From Salpingoeca rosetta (Eukaryota > Protista > Choanoflagellata): 64,000 bases of DNA. The position numbers and the translations under genes are program-made. Position 1 is the stretch's first letter. The number at the start of each line of letters is the position of its first letter. Shown one piece after another: positions 61,184 through 64,000 of the stretch. The notes beneath the pieces were generated by a model. It saw nothing but the letters and a program-made list of their open reading frames with translations. It had not been told where the DNA came from and made no database searches. The stretch spans positions 123,361 to 187,360 of the forward strand of contig JAWQFM010000023.1 of NCBI GenBank assembly GCA_033442325.1, given 5' to 3'.

Positions 61184-63467
61184 ATGAAGGAGTATCAGAT
61201 ATGTGGGAAGCGGATCGTGTTTCCATTCAAGCCGTACCCAAGCCAGTTCCTCCTCATCTCCGCCATCTTGAAGGCGCTGGACAAGGTCAGAGAGAAGGGA
61301 TCGCAGGCATTTCCACGCGCACACACGCGCACGCTGCGGGCCTGTTTGCGCTTTCATTGCCTCTCATCAAACTACCTATTTCCTCTTGTTGAACCTCACA
61401 CACATATGCACACATGTACACACACATGCACACACATGCACACATGTACACACATATGCACCCTTTTTCTGTGTTCGTCGCTTGCATTGTTGCAGGGGGA
61501 CAATGCTCTACTTGAGAGCCCAACCGGAAGTGGAAAGTCGCTGGCCCTGCTGTGCGCATCCCTGGCCTGGCAAAAGGCCGAGCGCACGCGCCTGCTGGCG
61601 GAGTTCCACGCGGAGCAGGCCGCCCACGAGCTTGCGCAGGCCCAGGCTCAGATGCAGGCGGCTGCAACAGCAACAGGCAAGCCCAAACCGCAACCGGCAG
61701 GCAGTGGTGCCAACGCTCCACAGGACGCAAGCACAGGCGAGTCGCATGAGTTCACTGCCAGCCTGGACGTGCTGGATCAGTTTCGACACGAGGGCAGGAG
61801 CAGCGGTCTTGGGCAGGGCGCGTTGCTCGATGCTGCTGACGATGATGACGACGACTTCATGGACGCATCCTTCACCATCAAGCACTCGAAACAGCATCAG
61901 CAAGAATCATCAGCATCCAGTGGCAGCAGCGGCAGTACGAAGCAAGTCAACTCTGCGGAAAAGGAAAACGCAAACATCGCCACAGCCCACCCCCACCATG
62001 ACCAACAACAGCAGACGTCGGAGGGTGGCGGGGAGCAGCCCCTGAAACGATCCAAACACCTCCGCCCAAAGCGCCCGCCAAAGATGTACGTGCACGCGTG
62101 TGTTTGGTGTTTGCTGTTCGTGTGTATCGCGTGTTTGCATTGCGTGTTGTGTTGTGGTTGTTGTTGTTGTTTCTCTTGGTTGTTGTTTTTCACGTGCCTA
62201 CTTACACACACACGCTCGCACACACACCAATCAACGCTCACGCACACGCCAAATCAACACTCACCACGCATACCTTCCACAAACGCATCTTCCCAAACAC
62301 ATCAACACACACACACACAATTGTTGCAGTTTCTTTGCGAGCCGGACGCACAAGCAGCTTGAGCAGATTACGAAAGAGCTTGGGCGAAGCGCATATCGGG
62401 ATGTGCACATGACCGTGCTCAGCAGCCGCGAGCAGACGTGCATCCACCCGCGCGTGTCAAAGTCTCCCGCAAAGAATGAGGAGTGCAAGCTGATGCTGGA
62501 GCAGCGGGCGTTTGGCGGCGGCGGCTCCGGCTGCGCGTATTACAACAACGCGCAGAAGCTCGCGTCACGACGCTTCCGGACACAGAGCTGGGATTTGGAG
62601 GACCTCGTGTCCGCTGGAAAACGGATCCGCGGCTGTCCTTACTACGCGTCGCGTGAAATGCTGCCGTCTGCCGACATTGTGTTTTGTCCATACAACTACC
62701 TCATCGACCCCGTGATCCGCAGCACCATGGACATCAACCCGGCAAACGCCATCATCATCCTGGACGAGGCACACAACATCGAGGTGTGTGTGTATGTGTA
62801 CATGTATGTATGTGAATGTGTATGTGTAAATATAAATATGTGTGTATGTGTATGTATGTATGTATGTGTATGTGTATATGTGTGAATGTGTATGTGTATG
62901 TATGTACGTGTGTATGTGCTGTGTTTTTGATGTGGTGCGTGCATGTGCATGTGTTGTGTGTTGTGGCTGCGTCCACCAATGCCGCCCACCGCTCTGCGCG
63001 CACCACACGCCTCACCCTTCTCTCAACAACACTCCCCGCCAACACCCGTCTCTCCTCCATCATCTTCGTTGGTCGCAATCAGGACGTTGCACGGGACTCG
63101 GCGTCCACGTCCTTGACGGTTGAGGCGCTTGAGTCCGCCATCACAGATCTCCAGGGCGCACACGGCGGCGACGGCAGCGGTGGTGGCGCTCCGATCCTGT
63201 ACGAGACAACCGGCGCGCGTGCACGTGCACGTGCACACGAGGAGGAGCAGGTGGCGTTGGCGGAACACGTGCAGCGGCTCACGGCGTCACTGCGCGCGCT
63301 CGTGGGGTGGGCGAAGCAGGAGATCACCCACCCAGCCTGCAAACGGGACTACCAGACCAAGAACAGGGTACGGGCCTCGTGTGTTATGCTGTGTGCGCGT
63401 GCGCGTATATGCACGTTGGCTCATTATCAGTACCACCATGACTATCATCATCATCACCACCACCACC

Positions 63468-63501
<34 letters not shown>

Positions 63502-63930
63502 TCGTCAGGTGTTTGGTGCGAGCGAGGCGGTTGCATCATTGTCGCGTTACGGCATTGTGCCCGGCACACCATCGCTGCTGCAGGAGTCCTTCAACCAGCT
63601 CTTCAAGGACACCGACGACGTGAGCAGTTGGATGCTTGTGTGAAACGTGTGTGTGTGCGCGTGCGTATGTATATGAACATTGTGTTTGTGCGTATGTGTG
63701 TGCATGCATGTGCTGCCATCACACTTTTTGTTGACTGTGTTCATCAATATGTGCTCGTGTGTGTGTGTGTGTGCGTGCCTGTGTGCGTGTGTGTGCGTGC
63801 GTGTGTGTGTGTGTGTGCAGACGAATCAGCCGGCAATCAAGCTGCAGGGCACAACCACGATGACCATCACTCGTCTGTTGACCGTCCTCGCATTCTTCTT
63901 CGAAACCCCAACGGCGCACCGCGACTACAG
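61184..63930 (+). CDS. BRIP1: FANCJ/BRIP1-type Fe-S DEAH helicase (continues beyond window)
   Basis: FPFKPYPSQ, ALLESPTGSGKSLALLC, SRTHKQLEQITKEL, LSSREQTCIHP, CPYYASR, FCPYNYLIDP, ILDEAHNIED. Motif detail favours FANCJ over RTEL1. Confidence 0.85.
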
Positions 63931-63955
63931 GTACACTCGCGCGTTCAATCGTGAA

Positions 63956-64000
<45 letters not shown>

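Overview
Intron-rich eukaryotic DNA in which most introns carry (GT)n/(CA)n microsatellites. Gene content (MICAL, MAGUK, SH2 proteins, class III/XXVIII-type myosin) and intron style suggest a choanoflagellate such as Salpingoeca rosetta; this is an inference, not a database match. Most of the supplied ORF track is microsatellite noise, so genes were rebuilt by hand from GT-AG junctions and exon phases. Left half: MUS81 (-); one long gene encoding 3 PH domains, a Tyr/Pro-motif linker and a C-terminal MICAL-type monooxygenase (+); a myosin essential light chain (+); a frameshifted GT25 glycosyltransferase (-); an MPP-type MAGUK (+); a tail-anchored vWA protein (-); an unconventional myosin (+). 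Right half: a fucose-themed neighbourhood comprising an MFSD4/FucP-family transporter head-to-head with a GH29 alpha-L-fucosidase, a sulfotransferase-like gene, a GT10 fucosyltransferase, an intronless bacterial-type NAD kinase and GDP-mannose 4,6-dehydratase. It is interspersed with a DEPTOR-like tandem-DEP/SH2 gene, a small CBM/CaaX protein and a DsbA-like protein, and ends in a truncated FANCJ helicase. There are three N gaps and several probable assembly artefacts.
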